From assembly GCA_963705105.1 (NCBI GenBank), contig CAVPIW010000005.1, positions 96,001-160,000 on the forward strand: DNA of 64,000 nucleotides, given 5' to 3'. The notes under the pieces are model-generated. The model was given only the letters and a program-made list of their open reading frames with translations. It did no database searches and had not been told where the DNA came from. Both the position numbers and the translations under genes were made by a program. Every line of letters begins with the position of its first letter. Within the stretch, counting starts at the first letter, position 1. Source of the stretch: an uncultured Nitrospiraceae bacterium. Its GTDB lineage: Bacteria > Nitrospirota > Thermodesulfovibrionia > Thermodesulfovibrionales > Dissulfurispiraceae. Positions 8,070 through 18,100 of this stretch are shown here, in pieces.

Positions 8070-10067
8070 TTACTTCACCCTCGCTCCCCGCTTCACGTCC
8101 CTGTCGAGGGAGAGGATGGAGAGGGTCCCCTGGTCATCCGTCGCCGCGAGAAGCATGCCCTGGGACTCCACACCCATGAGCTTCGCAGGCTTCAGGTTCG
8201 CCACGACGACGATCTTCTTTCCGATGAGATCGTCGGGACCGTAGGACTTGCCGATCCCTGCCACGATCTGCCTCACCTCGCCGGTATCGACGGTCATCCT
8301 GATGAGCTTGTCCGACTTCGCCACCCGTTCCGCCGTCAGGACCCTGCCGACCTTCAGCTCGAGCTTCCCAAATTCTTCGATCCCGATCAGCTCCTTGCCG
8401 GCAGCGTCGCGCTTCTTCTCCGCAGGGGAGTCCCCGCCCCGCTGACTCTCTCCCTGTGCCGGTTCGATCTGCCTTTTTATGTCCTCCCGTTCAATGCGGG
8501 GAAAGAGCGCGTCGCCCTTTCTGACGGGTTTTCCCGGGGTCATGCCCCCCCATGCCGAGGCCTGATCGAATGCAATACCGCGGATCTCGCCGTCAAGACC
8601 CAGTTGTTCCCAAAGCTTCTGCGTCGAGTCGGGCATGAAGGGATGGAGGTAGATCGCCAGAAAGCGCATCGATTCGAGTGCTGAGTAGAGCACAGCCTTC
8701 AGCTCTCCCTCTTTCTCCCTGTCTTTTGCAAGAAGCCAGGGCGCAGAGGAATCGACGTACTTGTTCGTGAAGGAGACGAGCTTCCAGACCGCGTCGAGGG
8801 CGCCGTGGAAGTCCAGGACGCGCAGGCGATCCTCGATTTCTTTCCCGATGGACTCTGCAAGGGATTTTATTTCAGGCACCTCCCGGGTCTGCTCCGGCAC
8901 GATACCTCCGCAGTACCGCTCAACCATGGTCAGAATCCTGCTGGCGAGATTGCCGAAGTCATTGGCGAGCTCGGTGTTGATGCGCTTCACCATCGCCTTT
9001 TCCGAGAAATCGCCGTCCAGGCCGAAGGGCACCTCCCTGAAGAGAAAGAACCTGAAGGCATCGAGCCCGAACCGCTGCGCAACGCCGCCTGGATCGACGA
9101 CGTTGCCGATGGACTTGGACATCTTCTTTCCCTCGACCTTCCACCAGCCATGGGCGAAAATGTTCACCGGCAAGGGGAGGTCCAGGGCCATGAGCATCGT
9201 CGACCAGTACACGGCATGGGTGATCAGGATGTCCTTGCCGATGATGTGGTGGTCGGCGGGCCACCAGGAATCGTTGATAATGAAGGGCTCCGGCACTGTC
9301 TGATCGTCCCTGCAATCGGCCGTATCCGGCGAGAGGTAGGCCGTCGCCGAGATGTAGTTGACGAGGGCGTCGAACCAGACATAGGTGGTATATGCGTCGT
9401 CAAAGGGGAGGGAAATACCCCAGGCAAGCCGGTATTTCGGCCGTGATATGCAGAGATCGCCGAGGGCGTTGTTCCGCAGGAACCCGAGCACCTCGTTCCG
9501 CCTCGTTTCGGGCAGGATGTAACCGGGGTGCTCCTCGATGTGCTTTATCAGCCTCTCCTGGTAACGGGACATAAGGAAGAAGTAGTTGTCCTCCTTGATG
9601 CCCTCGACGGCCCTCCCGCAGTCGGGGCATGCCTGTTCGAGAAGGTCCTTCTCGGTCCAGAACCGTTCGCAGGGCGTGCAGTACATACCCTCGTACAACC
9701 GCTTCTCAATGTTGCCGTTCGCCCAGAGGCGCCGGAGAAATTCCCGGACGATTTCGGTGTGATTTCTGTCCGTCGTCCTGATGAATGCGTCGTTCGTGAT
9801 CCTGAGCGTCTGCCAGAGATCCCTGAAGTTTTTGACCATGCGATCGGCATGCTCTTTCGGGGTGAGGCCGCGTTCGGCAGCGGCGCGCTCGACCTTCTGG
9901 CCGTGCTCATCCGTGCCGGTCAGAAAGAAGACCGCCTTTCCCCTCAGCCTGTTGTACCGGGCGAGAACATCGGCCGCGATGGTCGTGTAGGCATGCCCGA
10001 TATGGGGCGTGTCGTTGACGTAGTATATGGGGGTCGTGACATAAAACTTGCCCTGCGATGACATCAT
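8070..10067 (-). CDS. metG: Methionine--tRNA ligase with C-terminal tRNA-binding domain
   Basis: TTPIYYVN, HIGH, KMSKS, C-terminal OB fold 'NLKPAKLMGVESQGMLLAA'. Confidence 0.97.
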   Translation of the reverse strand: MMSSQGKFYVTTPIYYVNDTPHIGHAYTTIAADVLARYNRLRGKAVFFLTGTDEHGQKVERAAAERGLTPKEHADRMVKNFRDLWQTLRITNDAFIRTTDRNHTEIVREFLRRLWANGNIEKRLYEGMYCTPCERFWTEKDLLEQACPDCGRAVEGIKEDNYFFLMSRYQERLIKHIEEHPGYILPETRRNEVLGFLRNNALGDLCISRPKYRLAWGISLPFDDAYTTYVWFDALVNYISATAYLSPDTADCRDDQTVPEPFIINDSWWPADHHIIGKDILITHAVYWSTMLMALDLPLPVNIFAHGWWKVEGKKMSKSIGNVVDPGGVAQRFGLDAFRFFLFREVPFGLDGDFSEKAMVKRINTELANDFGNLASRILTMVERYCGGIVPEQTREVPEIKSLAESIGKEIEDRLRVLDFHGALDAVWKLVSFTNKYVDSSAPWLLAKDREKEGELKAVLYSALESMRFLAIYLHPFMPDSTQKLWEQLGLDGEIRGIAFDQASAWGGMTPGKPVRKGDALFPRIEREDIKRQIEPAQGESQRGGDSPAEKKRDAAGKELIGIEEFGKLELKVGRVLTAERVAKSDKLIRMTVDTGEVRQIVAGIGKSYGPDDLIGKKIVVVANLKPAKLMGVESQGMLLAATDDQGTLSILSLDRDVKRGARVK

Positions 10068-10987
10068 TTCCTGAATCGCCTCCTTTTGCCCCTCGGACGG
10101 TCCTTCGGGCCCTTTTCCCTGTCCTGCTCCGCCGTCACTCCCTGTTCTCCGGTCCGTGCTTCTTTCGCCGGCTGAGGACGCTTCTGCGGGTGCGGCGAAG
10201 GATGTTCCCGCGGCGATCCCCTCGGATGCTCCTTCTTCGGCGCCCTGACCTCCGAAGTCCGTTCCTTGAAGCTCTCGACCGGCGCATCCTCCGCACCGAC
10301 GGGGATTTCGTCGTCCAACGCGATGCTCTCCAGGTCACCCTCGTATTCGTATCTGAGGCAGCAGAGCAGCCGGCCGCATTGGCCGGAGAGTTTGCCCACA
10401 TTGAGAACGAGTTCCTGTCTCTTGGCCATCTTGATCGACACGGGCTCGAAGGACGTCAGGAAGGTCGCGCAACAAAGCTCCCTCCCGCAGACACCGATGC
10501 CGCCGATGATCTTCGCTTCGTCCCTGACTCCTATCTGTCTCATCTCGATGCGGGTCTTGAACCGCGCCGCCAGATCCTTGACGAGTTCCCGGAAGTCGAT
10601 CCTTCCCTCGGCGGTAAAATAGAAGAGGATCCTCCTCCGGTCGAGGGTCGCCTCGGTTCCGACGAGCTTCATCGGCAGACCCCGGGCCATGATCCGCTCA
10701 AGGCAAAAATCCCAGGCCTCCTTTTCGAGCTTCCTGTTTTCTTCCTGAGTGGCCCTGTCTTCGTCAGACGCGAGGCGGATGATCTTCTTCAGCTCGCGCT
10801 CCGGCGGACTGACCGTCACTTTCCCCCGCACGACCATCCCGATGCTCAGACCGAACTCCGACTCCACGACAACGGAATCGCCCTGATTCACTTCTATGTC
10901 CGCGACATCGAAGTCATAAATCCTTCCGCAGGATTTAAACCGCACACCGACTATTTCGAATTCTTTTTCCATTTCAGATGAAACCAC
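10064..10987 (-). CDS. PSP1/RicT (YaaT) family protein
   Basis: 'FTAEGRIDFRELVKDLA', 'CGRELCC', 'GQCGRLLCCL'; tmk-holB-yaaT-metG synteny. Confidence 0.9.
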   Translation of the reverse strand: MVSSEMEKEFEIVGVRFKSCGRIYDFDVADIEVNQGDSVVVESEFGLSIGMVVRGKVTVSPPERELKKIIRLASDEDRATQEENRKLEKEAWDFCLERIMARGLPMKLVGTEATLDRRRILFYFTAEGRIDFRELVKDLAARFKTRIEMRQIGVRDEAKIIGGIGVCGRELCCATFLTSFEPVSIKMAKRQELVLNVGKLSGQCGRLLCCLRYEYEGDLESIALDDEIPVGAEDAPVESFKERTSEVRAPKKEHPRGSPREHPSPHPQKRPQPAKEARTGEQGVTAEQDREKGPKDRPRGKRRRFRK

Positions 10988-11070
10988 CTCTCCCGCTCAG
11001 GCGCGTCTCCGGGTGCCTTCCCGGTCATAACCACACCCGAACGTGATACACGATAAAGACTAGTGAAAGA

Positions 11071-12018
11071 TCAGGAAATCTCCCTCATAATGCAGGAGAC
11101 ATAATTCCATGATATGGCCTTATTAAGATGAAAATCAAGCAGTTCCTTCACCGCATAGAGACGTCCGTGGGCGTCGACCAAAGCCTCGACACTGCCCGGC
11201 GTCTTCTTGCCGCCCGCCTTCCGTCCGGGGCCGCCTGAGATCATGCGGGACTCCTCTGCCGTCAGAGCGAACACGATCTCGTCCCTGATATGGAGAAAGG
11301 CCAGGTCCAGCCACAGCGCGATCGACTGCCTGTCTCCCCACGATTCCTTCGTGACGCCGCTGTTCATCTGGGCGAGGAGCTTCAGGAACCACTCCCGTTC
11401 CGCTGTAAAATCCCGGGATGAAGCAAGTCCGGGCCTGCCCATGACCAGGTTGAGAACCATGTTCCTGTCCTCTGCCCTGCCCTCTTGCGTGATGACTTTT
11501 TCGCATTCCGCCCTCGTGAGAGGATGGAAACGAACGTGGATGCAGCGCGACCTGACCGTGTCGGGCAGTCTGTCGGGGTTCCGGCTGGTCAGGATGATGA
11601 GGCTGTTCATGGGCGGTTCCTCGAGAGTCCTGAGAAAGGCATTGGCAGCACTCCTGTTCATCAGTTCCGCTTCGGTGACGACCACGATCTTCCAGCTCCC
11701 CTCATAAGGCTTCATCCTGAGAAAGTCCTCGACGTTTCTGATGAGGTCGATCCTGATTTCGTCCTGATCGGGAACCAGGAGACTGACGTCAGGATGGTTT
11801 CCCGAATCGATCTTCCTGCAGGAGATACACCTGTCACAGCTGTCAGAATCGACGGGATCGAGGCAGTTGAGGGCCTTGGCGTACTGGATCGCGCCGCTGA
11901 CCTTCCCGATTCCCTGATCACCGGAGAGGAGGAGCGCCGAGGGGATCCTCTTTTTCTTGAGCGTCCCGCTAAGAATGCGGACCGCCTTGTCCTGCCCTAT
12001 GATTGCGCTGATTGACAT
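11071..12018 (-). CDS. holB: DNA polymerase III subunit delta'
   Basis: Degenerate Walker A, Cys4 zinc module, 'AANAFLRTLEEPP', 'TVRSRC'. Confidence 0.92.
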   Translation of the reverse strand: MSISAIIGQDKAVRILSGTLKKKRIPSALLLSGDQGIGKVSGAIQYAKALNCLDPVDSDSCDRCISCRKIDSGNHPDVSLLVPDQDEIRIDLIRNVEDFLRMKPYEGSWKIVVVTEAELMNRSAANAFLRTLEEPPMNSLIILTSRNPDRLPDTVRSRCIHVRFHPLTRAECEKVITQEGRAEDRNMVLNLVMGRPGLASSRDFTAEREWFLKLLAQMNSGVTKESWGDRQSIALWLDLAFLHIRDEIVFALTAEESRMISGGPGRKAGGKKTPGSVEALVDAHGRLYAVKELLDFHLNKAISWNYVSCIMREIS

Positions 12019-12641
12019 AGCGATAGCGCCTGCGTCACTATGGACAAAATACGATCCCTCGTCTCTTCGATGGGGGCATCGGCCTGAACGACCTTGACAC
12101 GATCCGGGTCCGAACGGGCGATCTCGAGAAACCCCTCTCTCACCCTCCGGTGAAAGTCGATGCTCTCCCGCTCGATCCGGTCTTCCTTGTTCACTGCCCT
12201 GTTTCTCCTCAGCCCGGCCTCGGCATCGAGATCGAGCAGGATGGTAAGATCGGGCCTGATGCCTCCTGTGGCGATCATGTCGAGCCGGCCGATAAGGGAG
12301 AGGTCCAGTCCCCTTGCATGGCCCTGATAAGCGAGCGTCGAGTCGGTGAACCTGTCCGTTATGACGATCTTGCCATCCCTGAGCGAAGGCCCGATAAGTT
12401 CCGCAAGGTGCTGCGCACGATCAGCGTTATAGAGGAGGAGCTCCGTGACCGACGCCATGGCGCCGTTTGCCGGATCGAGAAGAATGCCCCGGACCTGCCG
12501 CCCGATCGCCGTGCCGCCCGGCTCCCGGGTGAGCACCACATCATACCCCCTGCCGGTCAGACCTTCAGCGAGCAAACGCGACAGCGTCGTTTTACCCGAC
12601 CCCTCGATGCCCTCAAAGGAGATGAACATGCCCCGACCCAT
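11997..12641 (-). CDS. tmk: Thymidylate kinase
   Basis: EGIEGSGKTT, TREPGGT, DRFTDSTLAYQG. Confidence 0.96.
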   Translation of the reverse strand: MGRGMFISFEGIEGSGKTTLSRLLAEGLTGRGYDVVLTREPGGTAIGRQVRGILLDPANGAMASVTELLLYNADRAQHLAELIGPSLRDGKIVITDRFTDSTLAYQGHARGLDLSLIGRLDMIATGGIRPDLTILLDLDAEAGLRRNRAVNKEDRIERESIDFHRRVREGFLEIARSDPDRVKVVQADAPIEETRDRILSIVTQALSLCQSAQS

Positions 12642-13664
12642 TCAGGACTGTTCTCTCAACCCTTCCTTTAATCGAATGAGCAGTTGAAAGGCCTTGATCG
12701 TCTCCTCGACGGTCCTCGTCCCGGTGCCGCAGGCCGGTGTCAGGAGGAGCCGGGAGAGGAGCAGTTCCCGGGGAACGAAAGAAGCCAGTGTTTCGAAGTA
12801 CCCTTTCATCGCCGAAATGAGAGCGATGTCGTCGATGTCGCTGATCGCGTCCGATGTCGGGACCATGCCCCAGGCGAGGTATCCGCCGGCCTCAAGGAAG
12901 GCGCGAACTTCATCAGCGTATATGGCAATGCTGTCGAAATATTCGAAGGAATCGAAACTCAGTATGTCCGTGCCGCAATGAAGAGGTATCGACCAATCGG
13001 CCCGGCCGCAGCAATGGATGCCGGGCATCGCTCCTGCCTGCCTGATCGACAAGGTGATCTCCTCCAGTAATCTCCGGACTTCCTCATTGCTGATACCCAG
13101 GTAAGAGGAGCTTCCCAGGGCGGAGAGGATGGGCTCATCGACGAAGAGGATAACGTCGTCTGCGTGCTGCCGCAGAAGGTCGATCTGCCACCGGGCCTTC
13201 GCCTTCAGCACCATGAGGGAGATCTCCCGGAGTTCCTCATCATAGAAAACCAGCTTTCCGTCCGAGTCCTTGAGCCCGAGGGTGAAGGTCACCGGCCCCG
13301 TAATGTGGCCCTTGAGGTAGCGGAACCGCCTGCCCCGGATCCTCCTCAGGAAGGTGTGGAGGCCCCGCGCATAGTCGTCGGACATGGCGATCTTCGTCTC
13401 TTCCGTCCAGGACTCGTAAAAACGGTCGATTTCGTCGCTGGCGGCCCGGTCGATGCGGATGCTCTGGCCTTGTTCATTGATCCTCACGTTGGGCATCCCC
13501 TCGGAGTACTGGGCGATCATGGACTCCTTGAATGATATCTTCGGCAATTGCGGCCAGAAGGGGATATCGAAGGTCCTGAGGATAAGTTCGCAGGCATCGG
13601 CCGGGTCCGTGTGGGGAACGCTGCCAATCCCCGTCATCGAAAAGGGCATGATTGTTTTCGGCAT
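12642..13664 (-). CDS. Single-domain (core) MetE-like methionine synthase
   Basis: TGIGSVPH, WPQLP, GPVT, DEP, HCC and PACG zinc-ligand pattern; 340 aa, no N-terminal folate-binding half. Confidence 0.7.
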   Translation of the reverse strand: MPKTIMPFSMTGIGSVPHTDPADACELILRTFDIPFWPQLPKISFKESMIAQYSEGMPNVRINEQGQSIRIDRAASDEIDRFYESWTEETKIAMSDDYARGLHTFLRRIRGRRFRYLKGHITGPVTFTLGLKDSDGKLVFYDEELREISLMVLKAKARWQIDLLRQHADDVILFVDEPILSALGSSSYLGISNEEVRRLLEEITLSIRQAGAMPGIHCCGRADWSIPLHCGTDILSFDSFEYFDSIAIYADEVRAFLEAGGYLAWGMVPTSDAISDIDDIALISAMKGYFETLASFVPRELLLSRLLLTPACGTGTRTVEETIKAFQLLIRLKEGLREQS

Positions 13665-13777
13665 GTGCTATTATACCAGATCACCAGTGTCCATAATAAT
13701 CACATACCCGTACTCATATCAATAACAGCTACCAGTGAAATCTTGAGAACGAGGACAGGGTTTTGGTTTCTGAAGCA

Positions 13778-14000
13778 TAACGCACGGTTGCCTTGCACGA
13801 AAAGACGGTGCAAAACGCCTCAAAGCCTCGCTGATAGCGAGCATGATTGTTTATTATTGGTGTATGAGGAATTCATTCGACCTGTCATCGATCTTTGGTT
13901 TGCAATGGTCTGTACGGGAAGGCAGAGGTTTCGCAGCACCGATGCTTTTCGGCGCATTCGCCCCGTCTTTCCTGAGATCTCATTGCGGTGATAAGGGTTT
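13778..14000 (-). repeat. ~200-bp palindromic repeat family, subtype B (reverse orientation)
   Basis: Reverse complement has GAAAGACGGGGCGAA..GCCGAAAAGC..GGTGCTGCGAAACC..GCCTTCCC...TCAGCGAGGCTTTGAGGCG; matches 53081-53275 and 54600-54817. Confidence 0.8.
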
Positions 14001-14016
14001 ATTATGCGAAGAAATC

Positions 14017-14781
14017 ATGCCCTATCCTCGTGCCACGTTATTTTGGACAGTCACGATGTTCTTTCTCTTCTGCTGTCTCTTGATCTCCGCTACCCCCTGT
14101 TCTGCGTTGTCCGATTCGGAGGTCGACGCGCTCTATCCGCTGACTGCAGGCATGACGACGGGAGAGAGGATCGCCTTTTGGGCCGGGCGGTTCGTCGGGA
14201 CCCCCTATGACACCGTCCCTGTCGGTATCTATGTGGCACGCGGTGTCATCGTGTCCGACGAAGCCGTTGATTGCATGTATCTGACATTCAGGTCCGTCGA
14301 GCTGGCGTTGAGCGGGAGCTCCGCAGAGGCCCGTCGCGTTGCGCTCGTCATGAGGTTCCGCAGCACGCAGGGCAAGGTCGACGGTGGACGGGTGAACTAT
14401 GACGGACGGTTCAGGTACGGAGAGGATATGATCCGGAGCGGTCAATGGGGCAGGGACATTACGGCCGGGATCGGCGATACGTTCAACAGTGCCGTACCGG
14501 AGGGTGATCGGGAGCTTCCGGCGATTTCACCCCGCACACTCTCAGAAAAACAGGATCAGCTGAGGAGCGGCGACATCGTCTTTTTCGTCAAGCATCCGAA
14601 AGGGAGGGTCCGCGGAGAGATAGTCGGGCATATCGGCATCATTAAAAGAGAGGCCGGCGCAGTCTATCTCATCCATGCCCAGGGAATGAAGAGGAAAGGG
14701 GGATCGGTGAGAAAATCTCCCCTGCAGGAATATCTCAGGACCATGCCTTTTTCCGGCGCCGTCCTGACGAGGTTCGACTAA
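14017..14781 (+). CDS. Exported DUF1460 / NlpC-P60-like cell-wall amidase
   Basis: Signal-like N-terminus, 'FVGTPY', 'VDCMY', 'GDIVFF', 'GHIGII', 'LIHA'. Confidence 0.7.
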   Translation: MPYPRATLFWTVTMFFLFCCLLISATPCSALSDSEVDALYPLTAGMTTGERIAFWAGRFVGTPYDTVPVGIYVARGVIVSDEAVDCMYLTFRSVELALSGSSAEARRVALVMRFRSTQGKVDGGRVNYDGRFRYGEDMIRSGQWGRDITAGIGDTFNSAVPEGDRELPAISPRTLSEKQDQLRSGDIVFFVKHPKGRVRGEIVGHIGIIKREAGAVYLIHAQGMKRKGGSVRKSPLQEYLRTMPFSGAVLTRFD

Positions 14782-14987
14782 TCCTTGAGTTTCTTCATGA
14801 TCTCCGGGAAGTCGCTCTTGAATTCCCCGTGAACCCTGCCGAGAAATATCTTAAGTCCCTTGATCTCCTTGTCTAATTCCCCGAATGCCGTCAGTTTCGA
14901 TTCAAGCCTGCCGACCTTTTCCGTGAGCGTAACCAGCTCCCGTTCGAGGAGCGCCAGTTTTTCCTGCAGGACGATGATCTCTTTCAT
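14778..14987 (-). CDS. Small coiled-coil hypothetical protein
   Basis: 69-aa ORF with SD-like AGGGG, directly downstream of the bS22-like gene. Confidence 0.55.
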   Translation of the reverse strand: MKEIIVLQEKLALLERELVTLTEKVGRLESKLTAFGELDKEIKGLKIFLGRVHGEFKSDFPEIMKKLKD

Positions 14988-14993
14988 GTGCCC

Positions 14994-15086
14994 CTATCTC
15001 CTCCTCTGAGCCCGTGTGCGCCTGCGCAGTTTCCTGTGCTTGTGCTTGCGCATCTTTTTTTTCCGCCATTTTACAACGTTCCCCAC
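14994..15086 (-). CDS. AURKAIP1/COX24-domain basic peptide (ribosomal bS22/mS38-like)
   Basis: GTG start with SD AAGGAGG; MGNVVKWRKKKMRKHKHRKLRRRTRAQRRR. Confidence 0.85.
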   Translation of the reverse strand: MGNVVKWRKKKMRKHKHRKLRRRTRAQRRR

Positions 15087-15147
15087 GTCATCACCTCCTT
15101 CTGCTGTGATCTGACCGTCCCCCGAACCGTCAGCGGGAAGCAGGGGA

Positions 15148-18100
15148 TTACACGTCCTTCCCGTTGTGCTGCATTTTGACGGCTTCCATGAACGCCTCGA
15201 TCTGCAGCCTCGTCGTGGGAGATTCGGTCCCGTCATAGGGGATGCTGATGCATGTGACGCCGAAATCCCTCGTCAGCGCCTTCATGAAGGCCGTCACAAT
15301 CGTTCCCGGCATGCACCCGAAGGGCATGACATTGATGATGCCGGACGCTCCCCCCTCGATGAGGTCGATCGCCTTGCCGATGCTCAGAACGGTCTCGCCC
15401 TCGAAGGTCCCCGGCACGTAGGGCGACGCCTTTGCCATGATCTCCCGTATGGTCGGCTCTTCGAGAGTTTCAAGGAATCCTTTGAAGGGCTTGCCGAACT
15501 TGTGCTCGATTCTCTTCTGGACGATCTCCTTGATAAAGAGGTTTATGATAGCAGACCTGTCTCTTTTTATCAAGGCTTTCCGGAGGGAGACGGCGTTCAG
15601 ATATTTTATCCACTCATCGAGGGGCGCAAGCTTCACTTCACCGCCGAGGGCTTCAATCTGCCGGACGATCTGCTCGTTCGCGAAGGCATGGGACCTGACG
15701 AAGATCTCGCCGACGATGCCGACGGAAGGCCGCTTTTCAGGGGTCCGCGGCAGGGCTGCAAAGTCTTCCCTCATGCACCGCAGGAGCATCCTGATGTCAC
15801 CGTTTTTCCCCCTGACGGACCCTTCGATTCTCTGCAGATACTCGGCATAGAGGGCGTCGGCCTCCCCTGCCCCCAGTTCATAGGGTCTCGTCTCATGAAG
15901 GCACTTGAGGAGAAGATCGCAGGCGACGACCCCCTGCCACGAACGCTTCGAGAAATCCCTGCTCAACACGCCGAGCTCGCGGTAGAACGTTTCATCCTGG
16001 TTCGGCGCGAAGATGGGAATATCGTCGAGGCCGGCCTTCGAGAGAATGAGCCGCTGGGAGATGTTGTACTGGCCGAACCTGCAGGGCCCCGAACCGGAGG
16101 GCATGAAAAAAGCCGATTCCTCCGGTCTGAAGTCATCGGAGAGCGCTTTCGTGAGCATGTCGCCGGCCGTGATCACGTAAGGATAGCATTCCTTGCCCGA
16201 CACGTATTTTCGTCCCAGGTCGACGGACTCCTTCGTCGTTTCGGGAAGAATCTCGGCGGAAATGCCGCAGTGTTCGAAGGCCGCCTTGACGGCATGGACG
16301 TGGTCCGTCATTTTCGGGATGAATATGGTCCTTTTCCAGTTTGAACCGGTCCGGTAAATGTTGACGGACGACGAAAACTTCAGGAGACGGACGGACCTGA
16401 GATCCCTGTCGTCATCCTCCTTCTGCCGACCGCCGTGACGCATCTGCTGGTTGATGCTGTCAAGAAAAGCCTCGCATCTCGTTATTGCCCCGGCATCCGC
16501 GCTGTGCTCGTCGATCTCGATGTGCAGGAAGGGTTTCCCTTCCATCTCTTCCTTGAAATACTTCAGGATGAAGGAATCGGGGCCGCAGGAGAAATTGCCG
16601 ATGTATATGGCGTAGAGATTGGGGTTCGCCCGGACGATGCGGGCGGCCTTGAGAATCCTCTGTCCGGAACGCCAGTACATGCCCGGCCACAGGGCCTCGA
16701 GCTTCTCTTCTTCGAGAGGCAGGAAATCCATCGGCACGGAAAGGACCCTTATGTGCGAGAGCTTCTTCGGTATCTCGAGGTTGACGCCTGAATCGAAGGC
16801 ATTGTATGCCCTGCCGATGATGACGATGACCGGTTCATCGCCTTCCCGCCCTGCTGTCCTGAGAATCTCCCTTCCCTTTTCCCTGATCGCCTTTCTGAAC
16901 TCCTCCTGTGCTGCACCGGCAGCGGCAAGGGCCCTTTCGACAGCCTGCATGCCGACGCCGAACTGATGAAGGGACCCTTTCAGTTCCCTCTTCAAACCGG
17001 CCGTTCCCCTGGAGAGATCGACGACGGGACTGATTATGTCAAGACCGTTGATGGCGATCTTCGACAGATAGGGAATGGTCTGTGTGTAAGGGCATGCGAC
17101 ACCCCTCGGATACTCGTCACCGTTCTGGTTAATATTGATGAAGCTGGGTATGAAGAGCCTCGTAATCCCCCTGTCCTTGAGATACTGGATGTGACCGTGG
17201 GCCACTTTGACGGGAAAGCAGGCCTCGGACAGGACGTTTTCAAGCCCGAGGTTGACGATCTGCTTGTTCGTCCTCGGCGAGACGACGACCTCGAACCCCA
17301 GATCGGAGAGAAAAGCCGACCAGAAGGGCAGAAAATCGTGCATAAAAAAGATATAAGGGACGCCGATGACCCCCAGCGGTTTGGCCGCGCCTTCCGTCCG
17401 AGCCTTCTGATCGGCAAGGTGCCTCTTCCAGAGCATCTCCTCGCGGAATGAAAAGAGATCGGGGAGGTCCGATTGCTGTGCCTTGCGGATATCGTACTTC
17501 TCGCACCTGCCTCCGTAGAAAAGGAACCCGTCGTCTCCCTCCACTTTCACCCTGTTGATTTCACAGACATTCGGGCAGCCCTTGCACTCGAAGGAGCTGA
17601 TCTCATGAGACCGCTCGGAGAGGTCAAAGCCCTTGAACGTCGTCAATCGACCGGTCTGACCGGACATGACCTCACGGGCGATAATCGCCATACCGATGGC
17701 GCCGGTGACGTCATGATTCGGCGGGACCGTTATGTGCGTCCCGAGATACTTCTCGAAGGCCGCGACGACTGCCTTGTTGAAGGCGACGCCACCCTGGAAG
17801 AAGATCCGGTTCCCCACGGGTTTTCCCGCCACGACCCTGTTGATATAGTTCTGCACGATCGAGTAGGCCAGCCCCGCCAGCAGGTCTCTCTTGTCGGCGC
17901 CCCTCTGGAGGTTGGCCATGAGGGAGTTCTCCATGAAGACCGTGCACCGCTCCCCGAGCCTGCAGGGCTTGCGGGAACTGAAGGCAAGGTCTGCGAATTC
18001 CCCCTTGACCGATATCTGGAGCTTTTCCGCCTGTTCCTCCAGGAATGACCCTGTCCCGGCGGCGCAGGCCTTGTTCATCTCGAAGTCGACGATGATACCG

